From the NCBI RefSeq assembly GCF_009914755.1, contig NC_060926.1: a DNA stretch of 64,000 nt; one strand, given 5' to 3'. Below, one piece after another: positions 26,115 to 41,330 of this stretch. The notes under the pieces are model-generated. The model was not told where the DNA came from and did not search any database. It was given only the letters and a program-made list of their open reading frames with translations. Within the stretch, counting starts at the first letter, position 1. The number at the start of each line of letters is the position of its first letter. This DNA is from the human T2T-CHM13v2.0 reference genome, Homo sapiens. The translations under genes were made by a program, and so were the position numbers.

Positions 26115-26570
26115 CCTTGCCTCTTTTGTAAATAGAAATCAACACCAGGCCAAACAGAAATTGTCTCAGGCAAGGTTTAATAGGTTTGTGGCAAGAGCAA
26201 AGCAAGGGAGCAGCCTATGGGTAAGAGATCCTGGTGGCTATTCCTTGAAGTGCCCAGCTCTTACCATTTTAAGGAAGCTGAGGCGGAAAAAGGAATGACA
26301 TACAAGCATGGTTAGGCAAAGTTTTCTTTGCATTTGTGCAGTGGAGCGTCATGCTCTAACATATATAACATGGTGAGGAAATGGAGGATAAGCCCTGCCT
26401 TGGGTGGATATTTTAGTATTACAATGAGATTATAATGAGGAAAAATCAGTGAAAGGTCAGTTCTGGGGACCATCCCACCTTCAGCTGGCTAGATCTCATT
26501 TGGTGCTTTGGGGAAATGCCAGCTCTATCAGCAACCTTGGAAGATGGTCAGGTTCTTATCAGGAATGTTA

Positions 26571-26892
<322 letters not shown>

Positions 26893-29800
26893 TGAAATCT
26901 TGAGATACTCAGGCCCTATCATTTTCCTACAGCAAGCGAGGAGTTGCCATTCAAAAGAGGCACAACTGGTGGCCACTTCAGGAAACTTTTGCATCCAAAA
27001 GCTGAGTCTGGTGCACCTAGTGACATTGCCACAGACTCCAGTCAGCATGCATAGAAATAGTGGATACCTGGATTTCCATCGAGCAAGCAGGCTCTAAAGG
27101 TCTTAAATAAATGCCTTGGACATGTATAGTTGTATAGATTCCAAGGCTACCGTTGCAAAGGGCTCCATTCAAAGTTGGCAACTTTGTTCATGATTTTGAC
27201 TAAGGTGACCAAAAAAAAAAAAAAAAAAAAAAGACTCAGGGGGACAGTGCAACTAGGTGAGAACCCAGTGGCTTTCCTGAGCTTATTTGTCTTGCATTTT
27301 TGTTGACATGGATTGTTGTTCACATTGTCTTCCTCTGGCAGGTCCACCTGGAAAGCATTATATATTTAGCAAGAAAAAAGGAGGCTGTGAATGATGTCAC
27401 TGCGGACTGCGTATATTCCCTGTTGCAAATGTCAGATCCATGAAGCATAAAGTGATTAACTAGAAGATATTAAATTCCTTACAAATTGTTGAAAAGCCTT
27501 AAAGAACAGGCTCCAGTCAAAGCCTCTAGAACAATTCCAAGAATCATACTGCTGGCACAGGCTGGGGAGGAGCTCCTACTGCTTGAGACATTCAAGCTGT
27601 CTTTTGCAGCAGAAAAGAGACCAGCTCTTCTCACTACTGCCCCCAGGAGGACAGCAGCTCTGCTATCAACTCTCAACTGCTGGAAATCTGACCCCTTTCT
27701 CTGACTGCCCATCAGATGTGTCACTACAGAGTCGTTTTGGATTGAGATGAGGGAGGGGAAATGTCTGATTTCACTCAAATGTGCTCATTTTCCTGGTCTG
27801 GGTCTCAGCCAGGCAGCACAGTCCTGTGGGCACAATATCTTCACTTGCCAGGTTCCTATAAAATGAGAGTATCTTTCTTGACTGTGGAAAATATGGAGGC
27901 GAGGAGGGTCAAGCAATAGCAAAAGGAGTACTTGGAGTTGCCTGAGCTTCCACTCTGGTTTCCCCAAATGTTTTCAATCCATTTAATTCATGATAATAAA
28001 CACCTTTCTGCCTAACCAGCCATAATCGCTTTTCTTAGATCCAAATGATTCAGTGATAAAAGTAAAGAGAAAAAATAAATACACTTTTCAACGTTGAAGC
28101 TGACCAGGTGTCTGCCTCTGGTGTTTACCCCTCCACATCCCACTATGCATTTCATCTTCCCTTTGCCTCACTGGAGATCCAAGTGCAAGTAATGCTTCAC
28201 ATGACTGTGATCCCTAGAACTTCATCCTGATGACTGTTGAAATCTTCTCTGAGTTTTACCAGTGGAAATGGCAATAAATAGAAAGATTCCAGAAGGTCCC
28301 CTAGGGTCCATATTTTCTGTACTTCCTCTCTAAAATATGTAAAATCAGTTATTTTTGCTCTTGCTTTATATGGGCTACATCTATGGCCCCAGCACACATC
28401 TGAATGCCCTGTGTTGACAACTTATCCAGTATTGTATTAAGTCTAAATGGTGACATGCTTATCATATCATTTCTTCCAATTTCTTGGAATAATTGTCATG
28501 TCAATTCTTTGCATTAAGAACCATCAGCCAGAAAACCACAGCCCTGAGAAAATAGAAATAGAGTATTTCAAGCTGTTCAGTTGGCACAAGAATGATGAAT
28601 CTGCAGCTCATTTTCAAGATATAAATATTCTGTTTATGGAAGTAACAGCACCATTCATGATTAGTGTTTCAGAGCCTCCACCACTTCTGACAGCATAGCA
28701 ATTCAATAGCACAAGGGTTTGTGTGACAGCTTTGCTTGACTAATAATGGGTTTTTCCCTGTCTATAGGGAAAGCTGCACCTGTGCACATGACAAGAGCAT
28801 GAGCTACATTTTGCTTCACTTTTTTTGAGGCAAATAAGTTGCTTGATCCAAAGCCATATTATGGAAGAACTTCCTGACTCTGATGAAAACTCCTTGAAAA
28901 TCCACAAATAATATTTTATGCAGAAACATAACCGAAAAGGAAGGCAAATCCATATATAGTAAAATAACCACTGCCATCCTCATGTTCCATGAGGTCCACT
29001 AGAATCACCTGATACCAGTAATTAGTCTGAGCCCTGATGTGTGGTACAATGTTAAGGGTTCTGGAGGGGTCAGTTTTCTTGGCAAATTGGGTGTTCAGAA
29101 GAGCCAGTAGCCCTGTACATCTCAGTTAGTTGAAAGTCATATTATTGAGTCTCCACAGGGACCTCCATAACACTGGTTCGTGAGGCTAGCTGGGAAAGCT
29201 GGAAGAGGTAACTGAAGTCCATATGTTGAATCATCCTCATTATTAAAAGCCCCCTGGTCGTTAATGGCATTTCAATTAATATTCACTTGGAAAGCTTCTT
29301 ATTCTTGATTATGGCTCATTTTTGAAACTTCTAGTCATAGCTCTTACAGAATGACTTTGTCTGAAATCATCCTGTTGCATTTCTTTTAAGGCCTGATGAT
29401 CTGTCAAAACCAACAGCCAATATTATTAAACTGCTGTTCTCTTTGCAACGTGATCATCAGATGTAGGCCTTGCAGTTTACCCACTGTTATGAGTTTTACA
29501 TTTCCAGGGCTTCCTTGACAATGGCACTGATGTGACTCCATCCAGCATCCATTGTTGTGAGAACTCTATTTGGAATATCATCATTGTGGGCATGAACATA
29601 ATGGAGACTTTTATAGGATGCAATGGTTAATATTCAACATTAGTCAAAATTTGCTCTAGCCTTACCCTTGGAGCTCTACTGGATTGGAAAAATATTTTAG
29701 GTAAGGACAACCATTTGGTAAAGTTTTAAAAATAAAGGCTACAAATAAATTTTCTGTAGCAAGAGTATGAATTAGGTGTCATCACAAATACCATTTTTTT

Positions 29801-31104
29801 TGTGTGGAATGTAACAATTATTTAAATGTATATAATTTAGATAATATTTTATAAATAAAATATGTATATATTGCATATATAATAGAATAAATGTACTTAA
29901 ATATGAATACTGTACGTAGTTGTAGCCAACATTTTATCAAATAAATATATATTCACTTCTATGTATCTTAAATATATATGCACTTTTTTCCATAAAGAAG
30001 GTAAATTTTAATTTTTTATTGAAATACTAATTAGTTTTAATTTTGTGTTTTTCTCTTAATAACTTCATAATTTGATTACTAAATATTCATATTTATACCA
30101 CCAATTCAAGAAAAAATATGTATGTTTATATAGGTAGAGGTGTAAATACTGTATCAGGAAGTGTTTATGCATTAATTACGGTAACTGGTTAAATGTACAA
30201 CTCAGTGGCTGATAACAGTAAACATTTGTTTTCATGTTCATAGATGCTCATGTTCACAATCATCTGGCTGATCAAGGAAGGTCTCTGCTGAGTGGCTCCT
30301 CTCAGCAGAGAGGAGCCTGTAGATTGTATTCAGCCTGTAGATATCAGTTGTTTAACGACAAGGCTGAACAGCAGTGACTACACATGACACAAGATTCTTG
30401 TGGCAGGTCACAGTAGTGATCAACATCCCAAACCAAACCGCACAGTTGAATTTAAGTCCAATAATTTCTAACATAGCTTCAAACATTTAAAATATATTCC
30501 TTTATTTCAATGAGTATAAGTTTTTAAGAAAATGTTTACTCCACTTAATTGTAGAGGTGTTTGATCATTCCATAGACAAATAATCATGTTTTCAACCTTC
30601 ACAATCCTGAAAATATTTGCAAATGTAAGTTTGCATTAATAAGAAAACAAAGCTGGATGTGTTTTCAACATGTGGCTTCAAATATAATTTTTTTAAATGA
30701 CCTTTTTGGGGGAAAATCATTTTAACTTATGGAAATATCCCTCTTTACCTCTCATGTCCTATAGGGTTGCCCAATAAGAGGGTCCCCCATGAGATTTGGA
30801 AGTGAGAAAAGGAAGACTCAGTATTATCCATTGGTACCTAAGAGGCAGAGAGACAAAGGTGAGGACTGGAGAAACACCTGGAAAGATGCTCTAGGAAGCG
30901 AGAACTTCAGCAATTCCAGACTTAAACTTCCAGACAGGACTGAGGACCACATGGGTAGAAAACCCTTACTTCAGGGGTGGATACATTCTGTTTTCAGTGG
31001 GAGCACCAAAGAATGCTGCTTCTAATATCAACTTTCCTGAATACTATATCCTTGGTTTTGAAAGGTTGTAGTGTGAATGTTAATCATAGGAATTGGGTCA
31101 TTCT

Positions 31105-31999
31105 TGTCATACCAAACAGAGCCATGAAACCAGAGGGGAAAGGCACTCAGGGTGAAAAATATTGTTTCTAGAATGCAATTGAAATAGGCCCTATTATGCC
31201 ATGGAACTAATGTTTATGGTTTTTTGAATAAACATAGAAATTGACTTCCCCGATCTTAAAACTCAAGATAGTTACATCTGTCTTACCTGAGTTCTTTTTT
31301 CAGTAAACCAACCATCAGGCCTCCCAGATACTATCAAGGAGCTGAAACTTACATATCACTGAATCAGGACAGTGGGACATCAGACCCTTCACTCATTATG
31401 ACTGCATAACTGACCTCCTGCTTCTTGTTGACCAAATTATCTCCCTTAACCCTCCATAATTCCTGTTTTCCCACATTTCTTCCGTGCTATATAAACCCCT
31501 AATTTTTGTTGGTCAGGGAGATACATTTGAGAATGGTGTCCCATCTCCTCAGCTACAGCACCTGATTAAAGCCTTTTCCTTGGCAATACTTGCCTTAGTG
31601 ATTGGCTTTCTGTGTGGTGAGCTGCAGGATCTACGCTGAATCCCTGGTATTTCAGTAACAAAACACTCTGCAACCTTCACTGCTTTGGCTTCTTGTAACC
31701 TGAAATCAAATTTGTCCACAACTTCTGAGATAACTTGATATAATTCTAGGATTCACTTTGTCCACCACTGCTTCCCAGTCTGAGCTTGCCAGCTCCCAAC
31801 CCTTCCTAGTGCCAATGAACTTTCTCAAAGAGCCATAGGTAATATTTTCCCTTTTTCATGAAACACTAACTTTTTCTTTGTTCTTGCCACATATTGAAGA
31901 CCACTGAGTTTTCCTGTATGCCCCATTTGGGAAATATTTCTGTGTAAATAAAACATTACATTTAGAGATTCATCTCTACATTTTATTTAGACGTCAGTA
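31105..31999 (+). mobile_element. Nested MER39-like/MER34-like LTRs (duplicate copy)
   Basis: Paralogous to 13619-14519. Confidence 0.65.
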
Positions 32000-32323
32000 G
32001 TTTACTTTAATTCTCTGTATTAAGACAATTCCTGCCTAGAATATCTATAGTGGCTTCTTCTCTGTTATATAAAGTCCAACTGAAGCCATAAACTAGACTC
32101 CTCAGGTGTCATGATCTCTGTCTGTATTAAATTAGGAGAGGCATTGCTATGTCTGTGTAGTTGGGGCTGAGAAAGAGAAAAGAATTAGGGTGCAGAGGTG
32201 ACTTCATGTCCCCTTCTACCAACACCATCAGAGTGTGGCTGCATCTGAGGAACAATCTCAGCTGATGGAGGCATCAGGAGGAGCAGCTGGGGCAGCCCAG
32301 CCTCACACATCTGCTTCCCTGGG

Positions 32324-32351
32324 GGTTTATGTTCGGGTGTGTAACACTGTG
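32324..32351 (-). other. 12-RSS of IGKV1-17
   Basis: CACAGTG (32345-32351), 12-bp spacer, ACATAAACC (32324-32332). Confidence 0.96.
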
Positions 32352-32829
32352 GGAGGGTAACTATTATGCTGTAGACAGTAATAAGTTGCAAAATCTTCAG
32401 GCTGCAGGCTGCTGATTGTGAGAGTGAATTCTGTCCCAGATCCACTGCCGCTGAACCTTGATGGGACCCCACTTTGCAAACTGGATGCAGCATAGATCAG
32501 GCGCTTAGGGGCTTTCCCTGGTTTCTGCTGATACCAGCCTAAATCATTTCTAATGCCCTGACTTGCCCGGCAAGTGATGGTGACTCTGTCTCCTACAGAT
32601 GCAGACAGGGAGGATGGAGACTGGGTCATCTGGATGTCACACCTGGCACCTGAGATTGGAAACATAAAAACAAATGTCCACACAATTAATCATGTTGTAA
32701 GAGAATTTCCCTGAACAGTAAAGCAGTACTGAGCACTCTGGGCTGAGTAAACTGCTAGTGTTCTCCATCCTTACCTGGGAACCAGAGCAGCAGGAGCCCC
32801 AGGAGCTGAGCGGGGACCCTCATGTCCAT
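32352..32829 (-). CDS. IGKV1-17: Immunoglobulin kappa variable gene segment 1-17 (leader exon 32775-32829, V exon 32352-32649)
   Basis: Leader [22 protein letters not shown]; V region ...[34 protein letters not shown]...CLQHNSYP (287 nt). Confidence 0.97.
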
Positions 32830-32875
32830 GCTGTGTCCTGAGTGGGACTGATTCCTGCATGAAGTGTGTCCAGCC

Positions 32876-32958
32876 TATTAATAAGGCTTCAGGGCAGGAG
32901 GCTGTGCTCTGGGAACATGCAAATGAGCAGGGGATGGGGCAGGCTGGGCGCAGCTGCA
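32876..32958 (-). promoter_or_regulatory. IGKV1-17 promoter
   Basis: TATA-like TTATTAATA, octamer ATTTGCAT 32917-32924, pentadecamer-like TGCAGCTGCGCCCAG. Confidence 0.88.
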
Positions 32959-35222
32959 GGGCTGGCTCATCTCAGTAACTCAGCAGCAGCTCAGTGTCCC
33001 CAGGTGTCCCAGGTAAGATCAGGGTAGCACAGATTTGTCTGCAGAGAATGGGTTTCTACTGGAGACTATTTTGTTACGAGAGACATTTTTTAGATTTTTT
33101 TTGACAATTTGAAATATTCCTCAGGAGTCGGTGGAGTATCATATTTCATTGGCGTATGGGGAGTATATAGGAGGATATTCTTTTTTTGTAGGAAACACAT
33201 AGTAAAGTTTTAGACGATAGAATTCTAAGGTCTTTAAAAGACTATTGTATAATTCCGGTTAGGGAAGGGGGTATTTATTGTATACTTGCAACTTTTCTGT
33301 AAGTTTATCATTGTTCCTTTCTAAAAAAAATTAAAAATAAAATATATTGACATGATGATGCATATATTTGTAAGTATATGCAGCTAGAGAGAAAAAACAG
33401 ATCACCTACAAAGGGAAGCCATCAGACTAACAGAAGACCTCTCAGCAGAAGAGATTGGGGGCCTATATTTAACATTCTTAAAGAAAATAAATTCCAACTA
33501 AGAATTTCATATTTGGACAAACTAAGCTTCGGAAGCAAAGGAGAAATAAGATCCTTTTCAGACAAGCAAATGCTCAGGAAATTTGTTACCACCAGACCTG
33601 CCTAACACAAGCTTCTGGAAGAAGCACTAAATATGGAAATGAAACACCGTTATCAGCCACTATAAAAACACACTGAAGTACACAGACCAGTGACATTATA
33701 AAGCAACCACACAAACAAGTTGGCAAAATAACAGGCTAACAGCATGATGGTGGTATCAAATCTAACATATCAATATTAACCTTGAATGTCAACAGGCTAA
33801 ACGCCCCACTTAAAAGACACAGGGTGGCAAGCTGGATAAAGAAGCAAGACCAAATGTTATGCTGCCTTAAGGAGACCCATCTCACATGCAATGAAGCCCA
33901 TGGACTCATATAAAGGGATGGAGAAAAATCTACCAAGCAAATGGAAAACAGAAAAAAACCAGGATTTTAATTCTAATTCAGATGAAACAGACTTTAAGTC
34001 AACAAAAATCAAAAAGACAAAGAAGGGCATTACATAACAGTAAAGGGTTCAATTCACCAAGAAGATCTAGTTACTCTAAATCTATATGCTGCCAGCTCAA
34101 GATCACCTAGATTCATAAAGAAAGTTCTTAGACACTTTGAAGGAGACTTAGATTCCCACACAATAATAGTGGGAGATTTCAACACCCCACTGACAGTATT
34201 ATACAGATTATAATCTGTATAATTAATTTTCTGAGGCAGAAAATTAACAAAGGTATTCAGGACTTGGACTCAACCCTGGATCAAATGGACCTTATATAAA
34301 TCTGCAGAACTCTTCACCCCAAAACAACAGAATATACATATTCTCATCACCACATGGCACATATGCTAAAATTGACCACACAATCGGACATACATCAATA
34401 TTCAGCAAGTGCAAAAGAACCAAAATCATGCCAACCTCTCTCGGACCACAGCAAAATGAATGTAGAATTCAAGACTAAGAAAATCACTCAAAACCATGGA
34501 AATTAAACAACATGCTCCTGAATGACTTGGGTAAATAATGAAGTTAAGGCAGAAATCAAAACGTTCTTTGAAATGAATGAGAACAAAGATACAATATACC
34601 AGAATCTCTGGGACACAGGTTAGGCAGTGTTAAGAGGGAAATTTATAGCACTAAATGCCCACATCAGAAAGTTATACCTCAGATTAACAGCCTAATATCA
34701 CAACTAAAAGAACTAGAGAAGCAAGGGAAAACCAATTCCAAATCTAGCAGAAAACAAGAAATAACCAAAATCAGAGTTGAACTGAAGTAGATAAGACACA
34801 CAAAAAAATTCAAAAGATCAATGAAGCCAGTGCCTGTTTTTATTTTGAAAAAGCTAATGAGATAAATAGACCACTAGCTAGACTAATAAAGAAGAAAAGG
34901 GTGAGTATCCAAATACATAAAATTAGAAGTGACAAAAGGACATTATCACTGACCCCACAGAAATACAACTAACCATCAGAGACTACTATGAACACCTCTA
35001 TGCACAATAACTAGAAAATCTAGAAGAAATAGATAAATTCCTGGATGCATACACCCTCCCAAGACTGAACCAGAAAGAAATTGAGTCCCTGAAGTGAGCA
35101 AAAATGAGCTTGTAATTGAATCAGTAATAAATAGCCTACCAACCAAAAAAATCCCAGGTCCAAATGGATTCACAACTGAATTCTATCAGATGTACAAAGA
35201 AGAGCTGTTACCATTCCTACTA

Positions 35223-35642
<420 letters not shown>

Positions 35643-36218
35643 CTATGAGGCCAGCATCATACCAAAACCTGGCAGAGATGCAACAACAACTTCAAGCCAA
35701 TATGGTTGATGAATATCGATGCAAAAATCCTCAGCAAAATACTAGCAAATCAAATCCAGCAACATATCAAAGAGCTAATCTACCATGATCAAGAGACTTT
35801 ATCCACAGGATATAAGTTTGGTTCAACATATGCAAATAAATAAATATAATTCATCACACAAACAGAACTAAACACAGAAATGGCTTGATCATCTCAATAG
35901 ATGCGGAAAAGACATTTGATAAAATTTAACATCCTTTATGTTAAAAACTCTCAACAAACTAGATATTGAAGGAACATACCTCAAAATAATAAGAGACATT
36001 TAGGACGAAGCCATAGCCAGCATCACACTGAGTGGGCAAAAGTTAGAAGCTTTCCCCTTGAAAACTGTAACAAGACAATGATGCCCTCTCTCCACCAATC
36101 CTAACAGCATGGTGTTAGAAGTACTGACCAGAGCAATCAGGCAAAAGAAGGAAATAAAAGGCACCCAAACAGGAAGAGAGGAAGTCAAACTATCCTTGCT
36201 GCATATGACATGATTTCC

Positions 36219-36749
<531 letters not shown>

Positions 36750-37850
36750 TAAAGAGGACTATAAAACATTGCTCAAAGAAATCAGAAATGACACAATTAA
36801 ATGGAAAAACATTCCATGTTCATAGACAGGAAGAATGAATTTCGTTATAATGACCATATTGCCAAAAGCAATTTATATATTCAATGCTATTATCATTAAA
36901 GTACCATTGTGATTATCTACAAACTAGAAAAAAACTGTTTTAAAATTTATATGGAACCAAAAAAGAGCCCAAATAGTCAAAGCAATTGTAAACAAAAAGC
37001 ACAAAGCTGGAGGCATTACACTGCCTGACTTCAGACTATACTACAAGGCTACAGTAACCAAAACAGCATGGTACTGGTACAAAAACAGATACATAGATCA
37101 ATGGAACAGAATAGAGAACCTGCAAATAAGACTGCATACCTACAACTATCTGATCTTTGACAAATTTGACAAAAGCAAGCAATGGAGAAAGGATTCCCTA
37201 TTCAAGAAATTGTGCTGGGATAACTGGGTAGCCATATGCAGAAGATTGAAACTGGACCCCTTCCTTACACCATATACAAAAATTAACTAACGATGGATTA
37301 CAGACTTAAATGTAAAACCCAAAAACTCTAAAAATCCTGGAAGACAACCTAGGCAATACCATTCAGGACATAGACATGGGCAAATATTTCATCACAAAGA
37401 CACCAAAAGCTATTGCAACAAAAGCAAAGATTGACAAAAGGGGTTTAATTAAACTAAAGAGCTTCTGCACAGCCAAAGATACTATCAGCAGAATAAACAG
37501 ACAACCTATAGAAAGGGAGAAAATGTTTGCAAACTCTGCATCTGACAACAGTTTAATATCCAGCATCTATAAAGAACTTAAACAAATTTACAAGAAAAAA
37601 ATAGCCCCATTAAAAAGTGGGCAGAGGACATGAACAGATACTTTTCAAAAGACTTACAAGTGGCCAACACTTATATGGAAAAAAGTTCAATATCACTGAT
37701 TGTTAGAGAAATGCAAATCAAAACCACAACGAGATATCATCTCACACCAGTTAGAACTGGTATTACCAAAATGTCAAAAAATAAATGCTGGAGAGGATGT
37801 GGAGAAAAACGAATGCTTATATACTCTTGGTGGGAGTATAAATTAGTTCA

Positions 37851-37958
<108 letters not shown>

Positions 37959-39429
37959 CTATTATGAAGACATATGCACGTGAATGTTCATTTCAGCACT
38001 ATTCGCAGTAGCAGACATGGAGTCAACCTAAACGTCCATCAGTGACAGACTGGATAAAGTAATGTGATTATATATAGGTCAGTTTTGCCTTTAATTTGTT
38101 GCTCATTATTGTGAGCCTTAACATACTTCTTTGTGAACTTGCCACTGTTTCAATATAATATTGTAATCTTTATTTCAGAGTTTATTGCAAACATTTATGG
38201 TTAAGTATTTGATATATTTTATAGAGTTTACTTCCTTGTTGCTTATTGAAATTTGATTTTATAATTGTATTAAACCAATTTAAATATATTTAAATTCAAA
38301 CATAGAAATAAAAAATTGAAGTGTTGATATGTCTAACAAAAAGCCAATGCACAAATTACCTTAAAAGATTAATTAAATGTCTGAATCACTAATTTAATAA
38401 TATTTTCATGTTTAAAATGTGTCAAATATATTTTTGAGTCCTAGATATGTGAAGGTTTTGTGCAATGTACTGTAATATCTGCTAAGACACACTATTCTTT
38501 TCTTATCAGGTGAATTCATATTTGAACTGCAAGTTAATTTCTTGAACTGCAAGAAAAGAGGCACCTAGGAACATATTTGAAAATGCGTAATTTTAAAGCA
38601 GCTAAAATTATTTATTAATTAATAATTATTTTCTGAGTTTACATATTAGACAAAAAATGCTACTGAGAAGATATCACTGGTTTTTGCTCTGTAACAGAAT
38701 TAGTTATATCTCGAATATGTTGCCACTCACCTTTCCTAGGCACATAGGAGAAATCAACAAATCATTGTCTTTTTTTACTGAAAGAGGAGGAGCACCAAAA
38801 TCTGTCTTGACCACAGCTCTAGAAGGTACCTTATTAAACACTGTATCATCCTTGCCCTATTAAGTAAGTGCTTGCTAAATTGCATTCTTTTTGTGCTTTG
38901 AATTTTCAATAAATACATTCTGAGAAAATAATACACCGATTGGAATGCTTGACTATTCAAAATTTCAGGTATATACTCCATTATTTTATTGGTCTTTCTC
39001 TTATGATCCAGGCAGCACAGGATCAGGTCTTCTCTAGAACTCACTGTTGTATTTTTATGCCAAGAGCTTCAGTAGACAATCAGCAAATGGGCTTGCAGTC
39101 GGCAAAAATAGTTACATAGAGCTGATGATTTCTCATAGAGACGAGGGTGTTAATAGGAAAATATTTCTTTACTTATTTTTTCTTGGTGAATCAATAATAA
39201 ACAGAGAACTTATTTTCGGAAATAAATTCAGAAAGTCAAGTATCTAAATCTGGTAGGGATGCCCATAGAATTTTTATAAGGAACATATATAATTTTATTT
39301 CTAAAAGTCCATTTAATGTTATTAGCTAGTACACGATTCAAAGGACAATTTAAAAATCAGGTAAATGTAGTAAAGGCAAATACATATTTTTGAATGAATA
39401 AATAAATTTAGAAAAGTCAATAAATATAA

Positions 39430-39843
<414 letters not shown>

Positions 39844-39899
39844 TAAGATGTGAAGTCTTGATACTGTACAAAACATTATTAAAATGTTAAAGAAGACCT

Positions 39900-40120
39900 C
39901 TAGATTGTGGTTTTGGTTTACTATCCAAACAATTACACCATCTACAAATAATAACTATTCGTTTTCTTTATTTCCAGTACTCATGTATTTTATTTCTTTT
40001 TCTTGCCCTTTATACTAGTAAGAGGTCCAGTACAGTATTATCTAGGAATGATGATACTTTACATCTTTTAAAAATATCTAATTCCAAAATGAAGAAAAAC
40101 AATTTTTCAGCATTTATTGT

Positions 40121-40157
<37 letters not shown>

Positions 40158-41330
40158 TGTCTGTCTCTCTGTCTGCCTGTGTATTCTCTAAGAGGTAAGG
40201 AAGGTATTTTTCCATTTCTAATTTTCTAGGACATTTTTACATAAACAGGGTCTAAATTTTGTCCAGTGCTTCTTTCTATACCAATTGAGACGACCATATA
40301 CCTTTTTTCTTCTTTAACTATGTCAAATGTGGTAATTATACTGATCAAATCTTTTAAATCCTTATTATGTTATTTTCTGCTTTTCTATCACCTCTTGAGC
40401 ATAAAGTCTCCCACCATAACATGGAGTTGACTTTTTCTTAATTTAATCAATTTTTTATTTATATATTTTTAAGTTATGTTTTGGGTCTATATAGATTTAG
40501 TATTTTAATGATTTCCTAATAGATTGACCCACTTATCATTATGAAATGTCCCCTTTTCTCCTTCGCCTTAAAGTATAAGTCAGGTTTCGTCAATTCAGTT
40601 TTTGCATGATATGTACTTTTCGTTTTTTAATTTTCAAAGTCATTTTATGATATTATTGCAGTGTGTATTTTATAAGCAGCATAAACCTTTCATTTTAATC
40701 TTGTTTAATAATTTAAAAATTTTACTTAGATAAATTTGTCTGTTTATGATGTCTAAATTATTGGTAGTTAGAGATAAATCTACCATCCTTTTTTTTTCAA
40801 ATTTCCTGCTTTCTTGCTTTCCTTTGGATTAGACATTTTGTTATATTTTTCCTTACATTAACTTGTTAAACATGCAATCATTTATTATACAGCAGCTATC
40901 CTCAACTTATTACTTCCTAGTACCAAATATTAATTTACCATTTCCTAAAATAGAGTTAGATTTTTAAATTCCATTTACACTACTTTTTCGTGTTATTTTT
41001 CATGCAATTCAGTTATATATGCATTGCAAAATTCACAAACCATGACATCTATAGTCGTGTGCAAATTTTAGTTTGTATTTATTCCTATACATATCCTTTC
41101 CAGTGTCTATCTCTTATGTATCTTTATGTTTCTATTTAGTCTTGCATTCCTTCTGTTGCAGAACTGTCTTTAGCATTTCTTTTATAGAGTACTACTGATA
41201 TATAGCTGCCTAATATTTTGTTGTTTTACAAACAGTATTTATTTGCACATTCATTTTGCCTCATTTTTTTCTTTCCTTTTCAAAGGCCCCAAAGATGTTA
41301 AATTACTTACTGATATTTATTTTCCTTGGA
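39900..41330 (-). mobile_element. Old L1 (L1M) fragments with (GT)n microsatellite at ~40125-40155
   Basis: T-rich antisense L1 ORF2-like motifs (gattgacccacttatcattatgaaatgtccc). Confidence 0.6.

Larger units (their letters stand above)
26901..33372 (+). repeat. Direct segmental duplication, copy 2 (IGKV1-17 unit)
   Basis: Colinear with 9518-15890; similarity stops where the L1 begins. Confidence 0.95.

Noticed and set aside
38657-39247. Cluster of short ORFs in unassigned AT-rich sequence after the L1
   Set aside because: No recognisable domain, splice structure or repeat family by eye; cannot support a call
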